From: Octopus vulgaris
Lineage: Eukaryota
Length of the DNA stretch: 64,000 nt
Assembly: GCA_951406725.2 (NCBI GenBank)
Contig: OX597814.1
Coordinates: 45,880,001-45,944,000 of the forward strand
Reading direction: 5' to 3'
The stretch's first letter is position 1. Each line of letters starts with the position of its first letter. Under the pieces are notes generated by a model that was not told the origin of the DNA, did not search any database, and saw only the letters and a program-made list of their open reading frames with translations. A program made the position numbers and the translations under genes. Below are positions 1-12,870 of the stretch, in pieces.

Positions 1-90
1 ATCAAGACTAGCGCAAATGTTCTGAATTCAAATCTGTTTCCATATCATCATCTCAAAATTATCATTTGAAAGCTCATTTTTTTAATGCAG

Positions 91-224
91 GTTTGGATAT
101 GGTGCTATGCTGACAGAATCATTTGACATTTCATCTGTGAGACCCAGTTTCCTGAAATCTGACCTCTGTACTGCTTCCTATATATTCCATGATAATCTAC
201 CACAGTTACCTTGTATTGTTTATG
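91..224 (+). CDS. Candidate exon of an unidentified plus-strand gene (FGYGAMLTESFDISSVRPSFLKSDLCTASYIFHDNLPQLPCIVY)
   Basis: Acceptor tttttaatgcag|, open frame, donor TATG|gtgggt; phase 2 to 1; no recognised homology. Confidence 0.35.
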
Positions 225-617
225 GTGGGTGCTTTCTCACCCAGTCACATTCAAAGCTGTATCTCTTGTATGCATCAATTAATAGCTTTAACTTTCATTT
301 CATGTAACCCTTATGTTACCAACCTACCTTAGATTGCCCCTATTTTAATTACACAAAACTTGCTGTTTAAAAATGTTCATATTTAAAATAAAGCTTTTCA
401 ACATAATTTTCTGTAGTAACTTTATAACTTAAGTACAAAATAACCAGCTATTTCACTAAACCCTATCAGAATCTTTATTCTCAAAATTAATTGAGGTCAT
501 AGACAGTGTATATCATAGGAAATATGGTCACAAAAGAATTAAATCTCTGTTAGACAACCTACATAATTATTGATATACTGTTAAAACAATACTTACATGG
601 GATTTCTACGGGGTAAC

Positions 618-1592
618 TATAGGGTGTTTGGGCTAAAGTTGATTTCTTTTTTTTATGTTCCCTTTTTTTTCAGGAACATCTTAATGGCATTGGAGAATAT
701 AAAGATTAAAGATTAAAGGTGTAGATGAGAAAAAGTTACTTACATAGAGGACAGGAAACCGTCTAAATATTGGAAAAGGGTTACATGTGTCATGATGATT
801 TGCACTGGCTATCAAAATGCTAGAATCATAACTGCTGCTCAGTACTCTTTGAACACTGTAAAGGCTGTAAGGTGTGACATGGACGGCTGCAATGGAGACT
901 ACGAAACTGTGGCCAGCAGAAAGGGACACAGAATGTGTTTTAATTGCATCTGTCTGCCAGAATTCATTCCCTTATCTTTGAACTGGGCCTTAGACTTAAT
1001 TCAGATGGCTATATAAGGCTTTTGAAGACTGTGATCAAACCCTGGCTGGAGAGAGTTGTTGCTGAAAGGTCATATGATTGGCAGCAGGATTTGGCTCCTT
1101 GACATACTTCTGAAGAAAATCAGAAGTAGTCAGTGAAGAATATCTACAACTTCTCCAGCCCCAATTTCCAGCCACCTAGTTCCCCTGATTGTAATTCTAT
1201 GGATTACTATGTGTGGAACATAATTAAAAAAGCCACCAAATGCTCAGCCGAGATGGTGACCAAGATCAAGAAAGTGTTTGAAGATCTTCCCAGGAACACA
1301 GCGAGGAACATATGCACCAGGCACAGGAATCATCACAAAGCTGTGGTGGAAGCTGGGGGCAGCTACTCTGAGTAAACTTATTTTTCAGCCATAATCTAGT
1401 TGATACTTTTAGATTTTTTAAAAATACTTTTATTTTTGGATTGATATTGTATTTTTGTTTCCTTTACGCAAACTGTCAAATATAGTCCAAACACCTTGTA
1501 CATCTTTATTAAAGAAGCAGGGAACAAACTACAAAGAATCTGATGAAACATCAAAATATCCCAAAACTGTGGTAATTCACTTGCTAAAAACA
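618..1592 (+). mobile_element. Decayed Tc1/mariner-superfamily transposon, maT-type (DD37D)
   Basis: Translation WQQDLAP*HTS...PPSSPDCNSMDYYVW has 37 residues between the 2nd and 3rd catalytic D; in-frame stops and internal deletion; boundaries approximate. Confidence 0.7.
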
Positions 1593-1618
1593 ATCTTTTC
1601 TTAAATTTAGATTATAAT

Positions 1619-2022
1619 TCATCATCATCATCATCATCTTCTTCGTTTTGCATCTGCTTTCCATGCTAGCATGGGTTGGACGGTTCAACTGGGGTCTGGG
1701 AAGCCAGAAGGCTGCGCCAGGCCCAGTCTGATCTGGCAATATTTCTACGGCTGGATGCCCTTCCTAACGCCAACCACTCCGTGAGTGTAGTGGGTGCTTT
1801 TTATGTGTCACCGGCACAGGTGCCAGATGAGGCTGGCAAACGGCCATGATCAGATGGTGCTTTTTACATGCCACTGGCACGGGGGCCAGGCAAGGCTGGC
1901 AATGGCCACAATCGGATGGTGCTTTTTACGTGCCACCGGCACAAGGCCAGTCGGGGCGGTGCTGGCAATGGCCACGTTCGGATGGTTCTCTTACGTACCA
2001 CCGGCACTGGTATCACAGCTGC
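1619..2022 (-). mobile_element. SINE-like repeat with (GAT)n tail (RTE-type 3' end) and internal tandem subrepeats
   Basis: ttccatgctagcatgggttggacgg...ctggatgcccttcctaacgccaaccactccgtgagtgtagtgggtgc. Related copies at about 4455-4680, 5690-5950, 12900-13157, 13390-13594, 29070-29195, 41730-41918, 42237-42460 and 63320-63482. Confidence 0.8.
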
Positions 2023-2538
2023 AATATGTTTATTCTTGAAATGTTTTAGGCACTTCATACATAAATTTCATTCAATAATTTGGAGAGTCCCATTATCCAT
2101 TGTGTTGGGCAAAAGACACTGTAACTTTTAAGATGTAACAAGTTAGAAAAGCCTGCATGCAGAAAATTAGATAATTTCTCGATGTATTGCAATGGATTGA
2201 TGAAAGATAGTCTATACCTATTACAGTTTTTATTCAACTGTTATGTAATTACACAACTGTAATAAGTTGGAAGTAAATACAAAAGTTTGCATTGCGGATG
2301 ACAATCAGTTTTGATTGAGAATCTATTGTCCCGTGCTTGTAGCAGTCTGGCACCAATTGTATGGAAGGAGGAAGATAAATGGTGCAAAGCTTGAGCCAAA
2401 AAAATATTTAGTGTGTGTGTGTGTGTGAGTGTGTGTGTGTGTGTGAGTGTGTGTGAAAACTAAATCTCTTACTTCCATGATAATGGAAGTAAACCATTTA
2501 AGAATGACAAAAGGGAAAAGGATAATTTTTTTTTACAG

Positions 2539-2639
2539 GTATCTCAAATATATACTTGTGTTGCAGCTGAACTGAGGTCACTGAAAATAGAAATGAAAGG
2601 GCTTGATCAAAATTTGATTCTCCTAAAACGGTGTGACAG
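2539..2639 (+). CDS. Candidate exon of an unidentified plus-strand gene (VSQIYTCVAAELRSLKIEMKGLDQNLILLKRCD)
   Basis: Strong acceptor tttttttttacag| and donor CAG|gtaaac; 101 nt open, phase 0 to 2. Confidence 0.4.
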
Positions 2640-2779
2640 GTAAACCAAATACATAAGTTTTAAATAAACAAATTTGAAGTGCAAATACCAAGAACAATGG
2701 AAACAAAGGCGATGACTGGTGTTTCAATCCTTAGTTACTAATCCATTTTATATGACTTACAGGATATTTCTAAAGTAAT

Positions 2780-3261
2780 GTATCTTGGAGAAGTCAGTTA
2801 AGAGAGAGCTCATGTCTCTTTATACTTTTGTTAGGAATTAAACTCAGTATGAGGACAGTTGCATAAAGAAGTGCTTATCAATTGAAGTGGAAGGAAGATG
2901 TGGAAGAAGGAGACCCAAGAAGACATGAGATGAAGTACTGAAGGCCGATCTCAAAACATTGAACCTTATGAAGGAGATGATAGAGGACTGACTTATGTTA
3001 CACATTGCTGTTCTAAAGAAGATCCGTCCACCACAACAGAACTGAGATCTTAAAACCAAGGTTCCATATAAAAATCATTGGTGTGGGTGCTGGAGCCATG
3101 CAAAAAGCACTTGTGCTGGTGCTGTGTAAAAAGCACTGGTGGTGGTACCACATAAAAAAGTACCCAGGACATCCAATTATAGAAACTGAGTGAAAACAGA
3201 CTACCAGTTCCTGTCAAGCTATCCAATCCATACCTGCATAGAAAATGAATGTTAAATAATA

Positions 3262-3309
<48 letters not shown>

Positions 3310-3339
3310 GTGATGGTGATGATGATGATGATGATGATG

Positions 3340-3380
<41 letters not shown>
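2780..3380 (+). mobile_element. RTE-type LINE 3' relic plus SINE tail ending in (GAT)n(TAT)n
   Basis: EVEGRCGRRRPKKT*DEVLKADLK resembles the RTE C-terminal GxRxRGRPxKxW motif; followed by a long trinucleotide tail. Confidence 0.55.
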
Positions 3381-3381
<1 letters not shown>

Positions 3382-5227
3382 GTAAGCTAATGAAGTATGT
3401 ATCTGTTTCACTGCACAGCTGTTGCATGTATCGCTGAGGTGTTCTTTCTGTATAGCTATTTAAACTAGGTTGAGTGGAGGATGGGCATTTTAGAATCAAG
3501 TTTCTTGGCCTTGCCACTCATGACAGGATATTTGCCATCTGCTTCTTAGTTCAGTCATCACCAACCTTCCCTTTAACTTCCTGTAAGTTATTGCCAACCA
3601 TACTTACTCATAGGCAAACACAAATCAAATAAATATATAAATATAGGTATTTACATGAGGATAAATTCTTGGATTTATTGGGGCTGCTGGAAGATTTTTC
3701 TACCCATATTTTCCCTAGCTGTTAAAAACGAATCCAAATGAAATTAAGGTCTGAGGTTTTTTTAAGAGACTTACAGCATCCCAATTTCAATTTATGTGTA
3801 CTGAAAAGCCACTATAATTTGTAATCCAAATACTGGCTTCATTCAATTTAAATGTTTGGTTATTCTGAGAACTGGAAACTGTTTTTCCTTTGAAAAAATA
3901 ACACAAACAAATAGTTTAAAAACATTTACGTGTACATACGTCTATTAAATATATATAGAAAATTAACACTTTCACCAAGAAATAAGTAGGCACATTCACA
4001 CACACACACATGCAAACACACATTCACACACACACACACACACATGCAAACACACATTCACACACACACATGAGTGCACATACATGCACACACATGCATG
4101 TATATGCATGCACACAGACACATGCACACATATACATGCACACACACACACACACACATGCACATGAGTTTGCTTGTATCAATTGTACATAGTATGTAGA
4201 CTGAAGCCATAATATACTTTGGGTAAAGATATTAAATATCTAATGAATGGTGTTATAGTAAGTTTTACTGCTGTGACTTTCAAATAATTTTTACCCAGCA
4301 AAAAAGAACGTCTTTGTTTTGCTGCTAATCAATGGATACTTCAGAAAATGTTGACGTGAAGAAAGTTGTAAATCAAAAATTAAAAGAAAATAAGTTAATA
4401 TTTTGTTTGTTTTTTTTGATTAGGTTATATTTTCTTTTGTTTCAAAAGCAGACATCATTATCACCATAATTTTATGCATGGGTTGGCCAGGTCATCATGG
4501 TCTAAGTCAGTCCATATTCTGAGTTACTATCCTCCAAGATGGTTTGGAAGGTCATATTTCATTGTACGTTCCATTTTTGGTATAATTTCTATGACTTGAT
4601 GCCCTTCATAACACCAACTACTTTACAGTAAGTACTGGCTTAACTTTATAGTGGCACCAGCACTAGAAAAGTTATGTCTTCAGCAATACTAAGGAGTTTT
4701 CACAAATCTATATTGTCACTAACCTATATTGTCTCTGTTCAAAGAAATGATTCAAAAGGTTGAACTAGAAGGGAGAGTACCTGCAGCAGATGAGAGGATG
4801 AGAGTGAGGAGATGAGAGAAGTAAGAATATAATGAGAGAAAATGATTTTGGACAAGAGTCGAAGAGGAAAGAGTAATGGAAGAAACAGTACTGGAGAGAG
4901 TAACAGAAGAAAGGTAGTAATAAGAGTGAGTGGAAGAGAAATACTGATGGTGGCTACATATTTGCTACTTAGTGAGAAAGAACAAGTGATGGATAGTAGA
5001 AATGAGTATGGTAAGAGAGAATGATGAATATCAATAATGAGTGACCTAAAGGAGGAGTGATAGCTGGCAATAACAAAATATTATCTCAAGTAGTAGTGGG
5101 GTGTATGAAATAAACAAAATCTGATGCAATCCCTCATGACACTGTCTTTGTAGAGGAGGAATGTGGACCCTTATTTGACTTCTCTGACACTTGAGTTGCA
5201 CAAAGGTACTTACAGGCTGAGAGATTT

Positions 5228-5228
<1 letters not shown>

Positions 5229-5265
<37 letters not shown>

Positions 5266-5510
5266 AATTATTGTATACAGTGCTCAGGTGCACCACAACT
5301 TGTCAGAAAGTGCATATAAAGTACATGCAGTAATGTAGAAATGTCTGGAAAGCGAACAATGTATGAGTCAGATACATGCTTGTGTGTGTATGGAGGGGAG
5401 AAAATCAGGTGTAGTGTTGGCGAATCTCAGGAAGCATGGAAGTTTTGAAGGATGCAGTGCTCCGACAACTAACAACTGATGCCGGCAGTTTGTTCCATGC
5501 TTCAGCAACT
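5229..5510 (-). mobile_element. CR1-type LINE 3' end
   Basis: Reverse complement matches 51660-51915 (VAEAWNKLPASVV, 3'UTR, gtgcacctgagcac stem-loop, (ATT)n tail). Confidence 0.85.
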
Positions 5511-5705
5511 GTAGCTTGATGGAATGGTTAAGGATGATGAAGATGATCAAAGTCATGGAGACTCTAATCTGTGTGTTTTCCTTAAATTATAACTCTTTTA
5601 ATTATATCTGTATTTATTCAGTTAATCATTATGTATGATTTCAAAAAACAAAAAAAAAAGAAAGAAAACATTTGTTTCCAATCATTATTGTCGTCGTCGT
5701 CGTCG

Positions 5706-5763
<58 letters not shown>

Positions 5764-6906
5764 TTAATGTCCACTCTCTCTGCTGGCATAAGTTAGATGG
5801 TTTGACTGGAGCTGATGAGCCAGAGAGCTGCATCAGGTTTCAGTCTGATTTGGCATAGTTTTTACAACTGGATGCCCTTCCTAACACCAACCACTTGAGT
5901 AGTGTAATAGGTTCTTTTATGTGCCACTAACATAGGTGCCACTTGTATGATGCTGCTATTTACATGATACTGTGCCATTCTTTAACACCTCTTATAATTT
6001 TTAATGTGATACTGTGATACTGTTTGTTCTCCATATCACTGTGATATAATTGTGAAATTGTAGTAACTAAATAGTTAAGATGCAGGCTAGAATTGGCCTA
6101 GTGTCAATCCCAGAATTCTGATAATAAAAAAAAAACGTAAATATTGTGTTATCCAATGAAAATTAGATGTATCTTATGTAAAGAGGATTCAGAAATCCTA
6201 TCTTCATATAAAATTACAGTGGATTGTATTAATTCATTCAAGGACTACTTTAAGCTAAAATTAAATTTCATTCATAAGTCTTTACAACCACTGTGTCATT
6301 GTAATGAGTACATAAATATGTTCTCATCCACATCTGGAAGCTGTCATAGAAAATGAAGTTGCTGCTGGGTCAAAATCTGTCAACTCAAAGCCCTGTGTAC
6401 TAAACTTCATGCTGTTTTGAATAGTTATGCATAGCAGGGAAATCTTTGCACTGATTATTATAAAATTTGTGAATATATTTCTATCAAGAGGATGTTAACT
6501 CATTGATTATCTGAAATATGCAATGATTACACCTCTTCTCAAAAAGGAGATCTGAATAAAGAAGAATTAAAGAATTATTGACCTCTATTTAGTCTACTTT
6601 CTATTGCAAAACTTATTGAAAAGCTGGTTACAAAGCATATACAAAATTTTTTGGAAATAAACTCAGCTCTGTCTCCATATTAGTTATCAAATAGGAAATG
6701 GTTTCTCAACAAAACTGGTTCCTGTTAAATTATATAACAATTTAGCAGCTGATAATAGTTATAATTTTCCTTGACTTAATTGTGGTGTGTGATACACGTT
6801 CTTATATGTCATCTTCAATTACAGTTTGGTTTTTGTAATACTCTGGTTTGTTGATTCTGTTCTTATTTTATGGGAAAATACGAGGTTGTATATATCACTC
6901 CATTAA

Positions 6907-8412
6907 GGAAGTGGCAGGCACTTCCTTTTACACCAGCTTTCTATTTTCTTCCAGTACTGTCTCAACAATGGTGCTACTCCGGAGCAGTGGAAAACTGCCA
7001 GTGTCATTCCTCTGTTCAAAAAGGGTGACCGCACATCACCTGTCAACTATCGCCCAATCAGTCTCACTAGCTGTATTGCAAAACTGATGGAATCGTGTGT
7101 CAGAGAAACACTCTGGAACTTCTGGAGCTCTCACAGTCTCATCCGACCCTCACAATATGGATTTGTCCCTAACTCCAGCTGCAGTGACCAGCTTGTCGAG
7201 TTCCTTGAGGACATTACTCAGATCACTGACAGTGGCTCATGGGTGGATGTTGTCTACCTTGACTTTGCTAAGGCTTTCAACTCTGTGCCACACAAAAGGC
7301 TTATGGTGAAACTCTCTGCAATGGGTGTGGGGGATGACCTTTTTAACTGGTTGAAATCCTTCATCCTCAGCCGAAAGGAGGTAGTCACAGTTCTAGGACA
7401 GCACTCTACACCATATGAGATGTCATCGGGTGTACCACAGGGATCTGTCCTTGGTCCCCTCCTGTTTGTGGCATACATTAATGACATAGATGCCAATTTA
7501 AAGAATGCCACAGTATTGAAATATGCAGACGACATCAAGCTGTACCTTGAAATCAAGAGGACTGATCCTGATGTCTACAACTCTTTCCTGCAATCAGACC
7601 TAGACACAATGCAGCAATGGATCACAGACTGGCAACTGAAACTGGCTGTGGACAAGTGTACCACCATGCATTTTGGGAGAAAAAACCCTGTGTCCACATA
7701 CTCCCTCCACAACACTGATATCAAGAAATCCTCTTGCGAGCGTGACCTAGGCATCACTGTCAGCAGTGATTTGCGTTGGACAAAGCATATCTCTAAAATT
7801 GTCAAGAAGGCCGAGGGTGTCTTGGCATCACTCAGCAAGACTTTTGTTAGCCGCTCTCCAGCCATCTATTTAAAACTGTATACAGCTATGGTACGACCAC
7901 ACTTGGAATTCGCATCATCAGTTTGGAATCCCTATCTTGCTCAGAACATTGACCTCCTGGAATCTGTCCAGAGACGTGCAACCAAACGCATACCCTCCAT
8001 CAGACACCTACCATATTCTGAGCGCCTTGTTTCCCTGGGCATGGATTCACTGAAGCTCCGGCGTCTGGCGACGGACTTGGTAAACACCCACAAGGTTATC
8101 AACCACCTCACCAACAACAACACTGAACACCTTTTTGATCTCCATGTGTCTAACACACGTGGACATGCCTACAAAGTCAGAAAACAACACAGCTCCCATG
8201 ACTTTCGGAAACATTTTTTCACGCTCAGGGTTGCTGAAGCGTGGAATAAACTGCCTGCGTCAGTTGTTGACTGCCATGACACTGCATCCTTTAAGGCCCT
8301 CATGCTTTCCGAAATCCGCCGAAACTACACCTGATTATATATACACTTTAGATGAGTTGTAGTGCACCTGAGCACTGTACACAATTATTATTATTATTAT
8401 TATTATTATTAT
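6907..8412 (+). mobile_element. Young 5'-truncated CR1-type LINE with intact reverse-transcriptase frame (ORF 7087..8334, open from 6907)
   Basis: WKTASVIPLFKKG, NYRPISLTS, YLDFAKAFNSV, GVPQGSVLGPLLF, YADD, ERDLGI, VRPHLEF, WNKLP; 3' stem-loop and (ATT)n tail; no endonuclease domain. Confidence 0.95.
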
Positions 8413-8850
8413 CAAACACTAGATTTACACATATTACATAGCTTTATATGCTTCCTTCTATATCCACAACATACATAATTACATTCCTTCATTGTCAATT
8501 TATTTGGATCCCATTCTAGACTGGTTCATATCTAATAAACTAAAATTAGATGCAAATAAAACTGAGATGCTCTTGTGTGCAGTTTACATCATAATATAAA
8601 TACCATACAAATAGGTACTTTAAACATATTTGAATCTTATATGTGCTTCTCACCAACAACAAAAAGTGTAGGGTTAACATTTGATAGGTATGTGAAATTT
8701 GAGAATCATATTGGAAATATTTGCAAGAATTGTTTATTCCACATGGGTAGTCTATGCAGGATTAGGAAATTTATGAGTTAAGAAAATGCAAAACACCTGA
8801 CTTACTGTTTTATTGCATATAATTTGGGTCATTGCAATGCTATTTTAATT

Positions 8851-9179
8851 CATCAACATCATCATCCATAATTTTGAATCTGAGTTTTGTCCCCGTTAAA
8901 GCGGGTGGCCGGATCTACCTCAATGATATAGCAACTACCCTCACACCATCTCACCATCTTACCTGGTTTGGGGCGTTCCCCCTTCCCAAGCCAACCCTCC
9001 CAATCTCCTCCTTCACCTGTCCCCTCCACGTTTTTCTCGGTCTATCTCGCTTTCACTATCCATTCACCTCAAACTCTAGCACCCTCCTCAGAACATGCTC
9101 CTCATCTCTCCTCAACACATGCTCACACCACCATACTCCATTCACCTTTGCCAGCTGTTCCACTGATTCTTCCAGCCCT
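8851..9179 (-). mobile_element. RTE-type LINE 3' fragment with 15-bp target-site duplication
   Basis: TSD aatgctattttaatt at 8836-8850 and 9180-9194; minus-strand peptide EHVLRRDEEHVLRRVLEFEVNG*..RDRPRKTW; (GAT)n-like tail. Confidence 0.85.
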
Positions 9180-9425
9180 AATGCTATTTTAATTGGAATT
9201 AACAAATGACAACTGAAAAAAGTTTCAACCTGTTCAAGTTATTTGTTTGTTTAGTTAAAAGATTATGCAAATGTGAATGTCACACCAGCATCAATGGAAC
9301 TTCATTGGTTACTAATCTGTTTGCCATAAAATTCTGAATATGTACTTTTTTGCTTTTGTTTTTGTTTTATACATACACTCAGAATGTACTTTATGTACAG
9401 AATTGTGTCAAAATTTAATAAATAA

Positions 9426-10362
9426 CTAGTGGGACCCGTGAATATTTCACAGAATTAATGGTAAAACTATTGGGTTATTTCTGAAAACTTTATCCAAAAA
9501 ACCTGAAAGCATAGTCTGTATTGTGTCTGTATGGAAAGATAATTGCTCATCTGCAACTCATTGAAAAATTAAAGAAAGTGGAATACTATGATTACTTAAT
9601 GCATTTTATAGACTTAATACACAACACTCATAAAATAAATATTCACTCTTATTTTTCCATTTTCCCCATAAACAAAAAAAAATATTCTGTATATACGATA
9701 CGACCTTTAGTTAAATTGCATATATCTGCTATGTAAATAATTGTGAATACTTCATGGAATTGCACTTATGTGCATGCGTTAACTGACAGGTGATACAAAA
9801 AATTTAGTTCAATTAAAAAAATACACTTTTCACTATCCACTCACCACCACATAACTACATATGATCTACAAATCCATAGCATTGGATACTACATAGCTTC
9901 TTCATGTTTCATTGCAACAGCTTTCTGTAATGAACCATTGTCATTCAATCTGCATTCCAGCTGTGACCATGACATATTATTTTCTGGTGCAGTATGTTTA
10001 GGATGGACTTATTCAGTATATCAACTATTTTAAAGAGAATAGAATTAAATTTGTGAGTGATTTGGCTGTTATTTCTAGCAGTTTGAGTGGTCAAGTAGAG
10101 ATTTCGTTTTGGATTGACAAATATTTTGTTATATTTCGGTGATGAGTTTAAATCCTGTATTTTTTGTGTATTCTGCTTTGGAAACTGTTCATGATAACTC
10201 TTACAAGGTTTTAGAAGAAATTCTATACTGAGAAATAAAAAGCAAAACAAAAAATTGAAATTTAATTTCATTCAACAGCTGGCTTATGAATGAGGGACTG
10301 AAAATATAAAATCTAATTTAAGTTTACCCAACCCCACTCTGTTCTCAAATTCTATTAGAAAG
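9426..10362 (-). mobile_element. Non-autonomous Helitron-like element
   Basis: The minus-strand 3' end reads ctgtgaaatattcacgg (hairpin), gtccca, CTAG|t, the canonical Helitron terminus. The 5' TC boundary near 10362 is tentative. Confidence 0.45.
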
Positions 10363-11129
10363 ATTAATCTTCTCTTGTATCTTTTATCTTTTATATTTTA
10401 TTTACTTCAGTCATTAGAATATAGTCATACTGGGACACCACCACGAAAGGTTTAATGTGTGTGTGTGTGTGTGTGTGTGTAGTGGGAAAGGTGTAGCAAA
10501 AGATGTTGAGGTAGCAAATGAAATAGGCATGTAGATGACATCAAAGTAAAACAATGGGAAAACATCGGATTGTGGTTTAAATAATTTATTTAAACAACAC
10601 TTGTTGTATACACCAAAATGTTTACTACATGATATTACCAAATTGCTTCGAGTTGGGGAAAAAGAAAATAAACAGGGGAAATACTGTATTGATGTGATGA
10701 GGTAGAACCAAGCATGTTTTGTGTTTGTGTGTGCGTTGATCATTCAGTGGTGTCTGTTTATGTTCTGCAACTGCTACTGTGTTGTGCCATTCATGTTGAA
10801 TATGTGGTTCTATGTTGGCTGCTTGACTGGTGCAAGTTACTTGCTGGCTGTCTCTTGACAGTTTGCCTGGTGATGGCTATATCCAGTCCCTTGATGGATT
10901 GTTGAATTTATAAGAGTCATGACAGCTTGAAGGACAGACATACCACAGGAGTATTTTCTACCTATGTAGGTTGCCTCTTGTCCACTCGAACCTTAAATGA
11001 CACAGCTGAGGTCATAGGTCAAAGAGAAATCCATCCATCACTTTTTAACAGGACAAAGAAATTTCTTTTGCACCTGTTTGGCTAGTGGTGGATCAGACAA
11101 GCAAGAATCCTTAGATTCGGTTTCAAATC

Positions 11130-12080
11130 TCAGCTCAAATCCCTACCCCCTCTAGCATTAAATCACCCAGTAAGATGACTTTGTCTGCCTGAGGGATATT
11201 TCTTATAATGCCCTTCAAAGCATGGTAGAAAGAAATTTTTTCGTCATCAGTATAGCACATAGTTGGAGCATACACACTCACCAAGGTCACATAATTTCCT
11301 TTAACCAAAGGAATTCTCATGGACATAAGACGCTCGTTAATTCCGACTGGGAATTCTTCCAACTTGTCCACAAGAGTAGTCTTAACAGCAAATGCCACTC
11401 TAGCCTCTCCTCTAAATTCTTCTTTCTTCCCTTTCCAAATGAATGTATATTTTCCACAAGATTCTGTAAGATGACCATCTCCAGGTAATCTCATCTCAGA
11501 TAAACAACGATGTCAAGATCATAGCATTGAAGCTCCTTCACAACAAGCGCAGTCCTTCGTTCAGGACATTCAGAGGACTTGCAGTCAAGCAGTGACCGTA
11601 CATTCCAACAGCCAATATTCAATATTTTATTTGGTTCTATCATAGTAGCATGATGACAGCCGGGCCAGACTCTTTCATCTGATGTGGTTCCAGAGTCCTT
11701 ACTGCCATTTATTTTTATACTGTTTTGGTACATCATTGATTATTTGCTTTTTAAGGCTATAGCCAGCCATTCAGTTGAGAGTCACAGCACAATCAACAAT
11801 CATGAATTAGTTAATCAATTTAATCAATCAATCAATGTTTTTATTGTGCAATGCCTGTGCAAGAAGATTTTTTTAAAGTGAGGAAAGGCTGTGCACTTAG
11901 TCAATCCCACTCACTAAGCAACAGTAGCCATAATCTGAAAAGAATAACAAGTCAACATCATCGGTAAACACTGAGCTGCAGAATTTATGTTGGAGTTATC
12001 CCAGTTACCTGAGTTACCTTCTAGAAGGATGCCCTAACAAAGGCTAGGGGTCCTTCACTCCCAATGGTTTAACTGCGCGA
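11130..12080 (-). mobile_element. RTE-clade LINE 5' part (APE endonuclease), decayed
   Basis: LNIGCWNVRSLLD, ERRTALVVKEL, YTFIWKG, VGINERLMSMRIPL, VSVYAPT and DKVILLGD in ORFs 11491..11736 and 11135..11494. Confidence 0.85.
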
Positions 12081-12244
12081 TTGGGTATTCAGTCCGATTA
12101 TTTCTATGTCCCTGCGCATGATACAGCCTTAAGCTGGATAAGTTTGATATAAGGAGAAAAAAAACAAAGACATACGATATATAAAAAAAAACATTGATAT
12201 ACAAAATATACATCAAATATATGATGTGAAGTTTATAAAAATTT

Positions 12245-12291
12245 ATATAATGAGCAAGCATACATACATACACATATATATATGTACGTAC

Positions 12292-12322
<31 letters not shown>

Positions 12323-12409
12323 TGTATGTATATATATATATATATATTGGGGTGTATTGCACTAATACCTTGACATACTTGTTACTTATTTGCTTTATAT
12401 ATATATGTA

Positions 12410-12446
<37 letters not shown>

Positions 12447-12467
12447 GTGTGTATATATATATGTATG

Positions 12468-12513
<46 letters not shown>

Positions 12514-12720
12514 GTTAATCCAAACATGAACAAAGAGAAAACACAACAATGTGAGGATGTGGAACAAGTATAGTGTTATTATACGCTCAGGAAAGGAAAG
12601 AAAGAAGGAGGATTTAACATTTCGAACAGAGCTCTTCGTCAGAAACATAGAAAAAGGAAAGGCCCAAGGAAGGGAAGATGGAGAAAGAAAATCGCCAACA
12701 ATACACTCGTGGTCACATAC

Positions 12721-12772
<52 letters not shown>

Positions 12773-12787
12773 CATATATATATATAT

Positions 12788-12834
<47 letters not shown>

Positions 12835-12870
12835 TATACGTATATATTTATATATATATATATATCAAAA
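12245..12870. repeat. Compound (TA)n/(TG)n/(TATG)n microsatellite tract, representative of many
   Basis: Directly visible. Similar tracts at 3260-3380, 3990-4165, 5690-5765, 13155-13310, 14720-14792, 21075-21352, 24235-24320, 26003-26255, 57430-57515 and 58170-58215. Confidence 0.95.
12612..12646 (-). ncRNA. Degenerate minimal hammerhead ribozyme motif in a ~210-bp element (12512-12722) embedded in (TA)n
   Basis: Minus RNA GUUU-CUGACGA-A-GAGC-UCU-GUUC-GAAA-UG-UU-AAAU has both core boxes, a 4-bp stem II and a 4-bp stem I; stem III is rudimentary. Confidence 0.45.

Larger units (their letters stand above)
6130..9330 (+). mobile_element. Old L2-type LINE ORF2 relic, interrupted by two younger insertions
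   Basis: Collinear peptides AMITPLLKKGDLNKEELKNY*PL...KLIEKLV (6.5 kb), KSVGLTFDRYVKFENHIGNICK...RIRKFMS...HCNAILI (8.7 kb) and NAILIGINK*QLKK (9.2 kb). Confidence 0.7.

Noticed and set aside
7087-8334. 415-aa ORF as a host gene or domesticated RT
   Set aside because: 5'-truncated LINE with its 3'UTR and tail intact and sister copies in the window.
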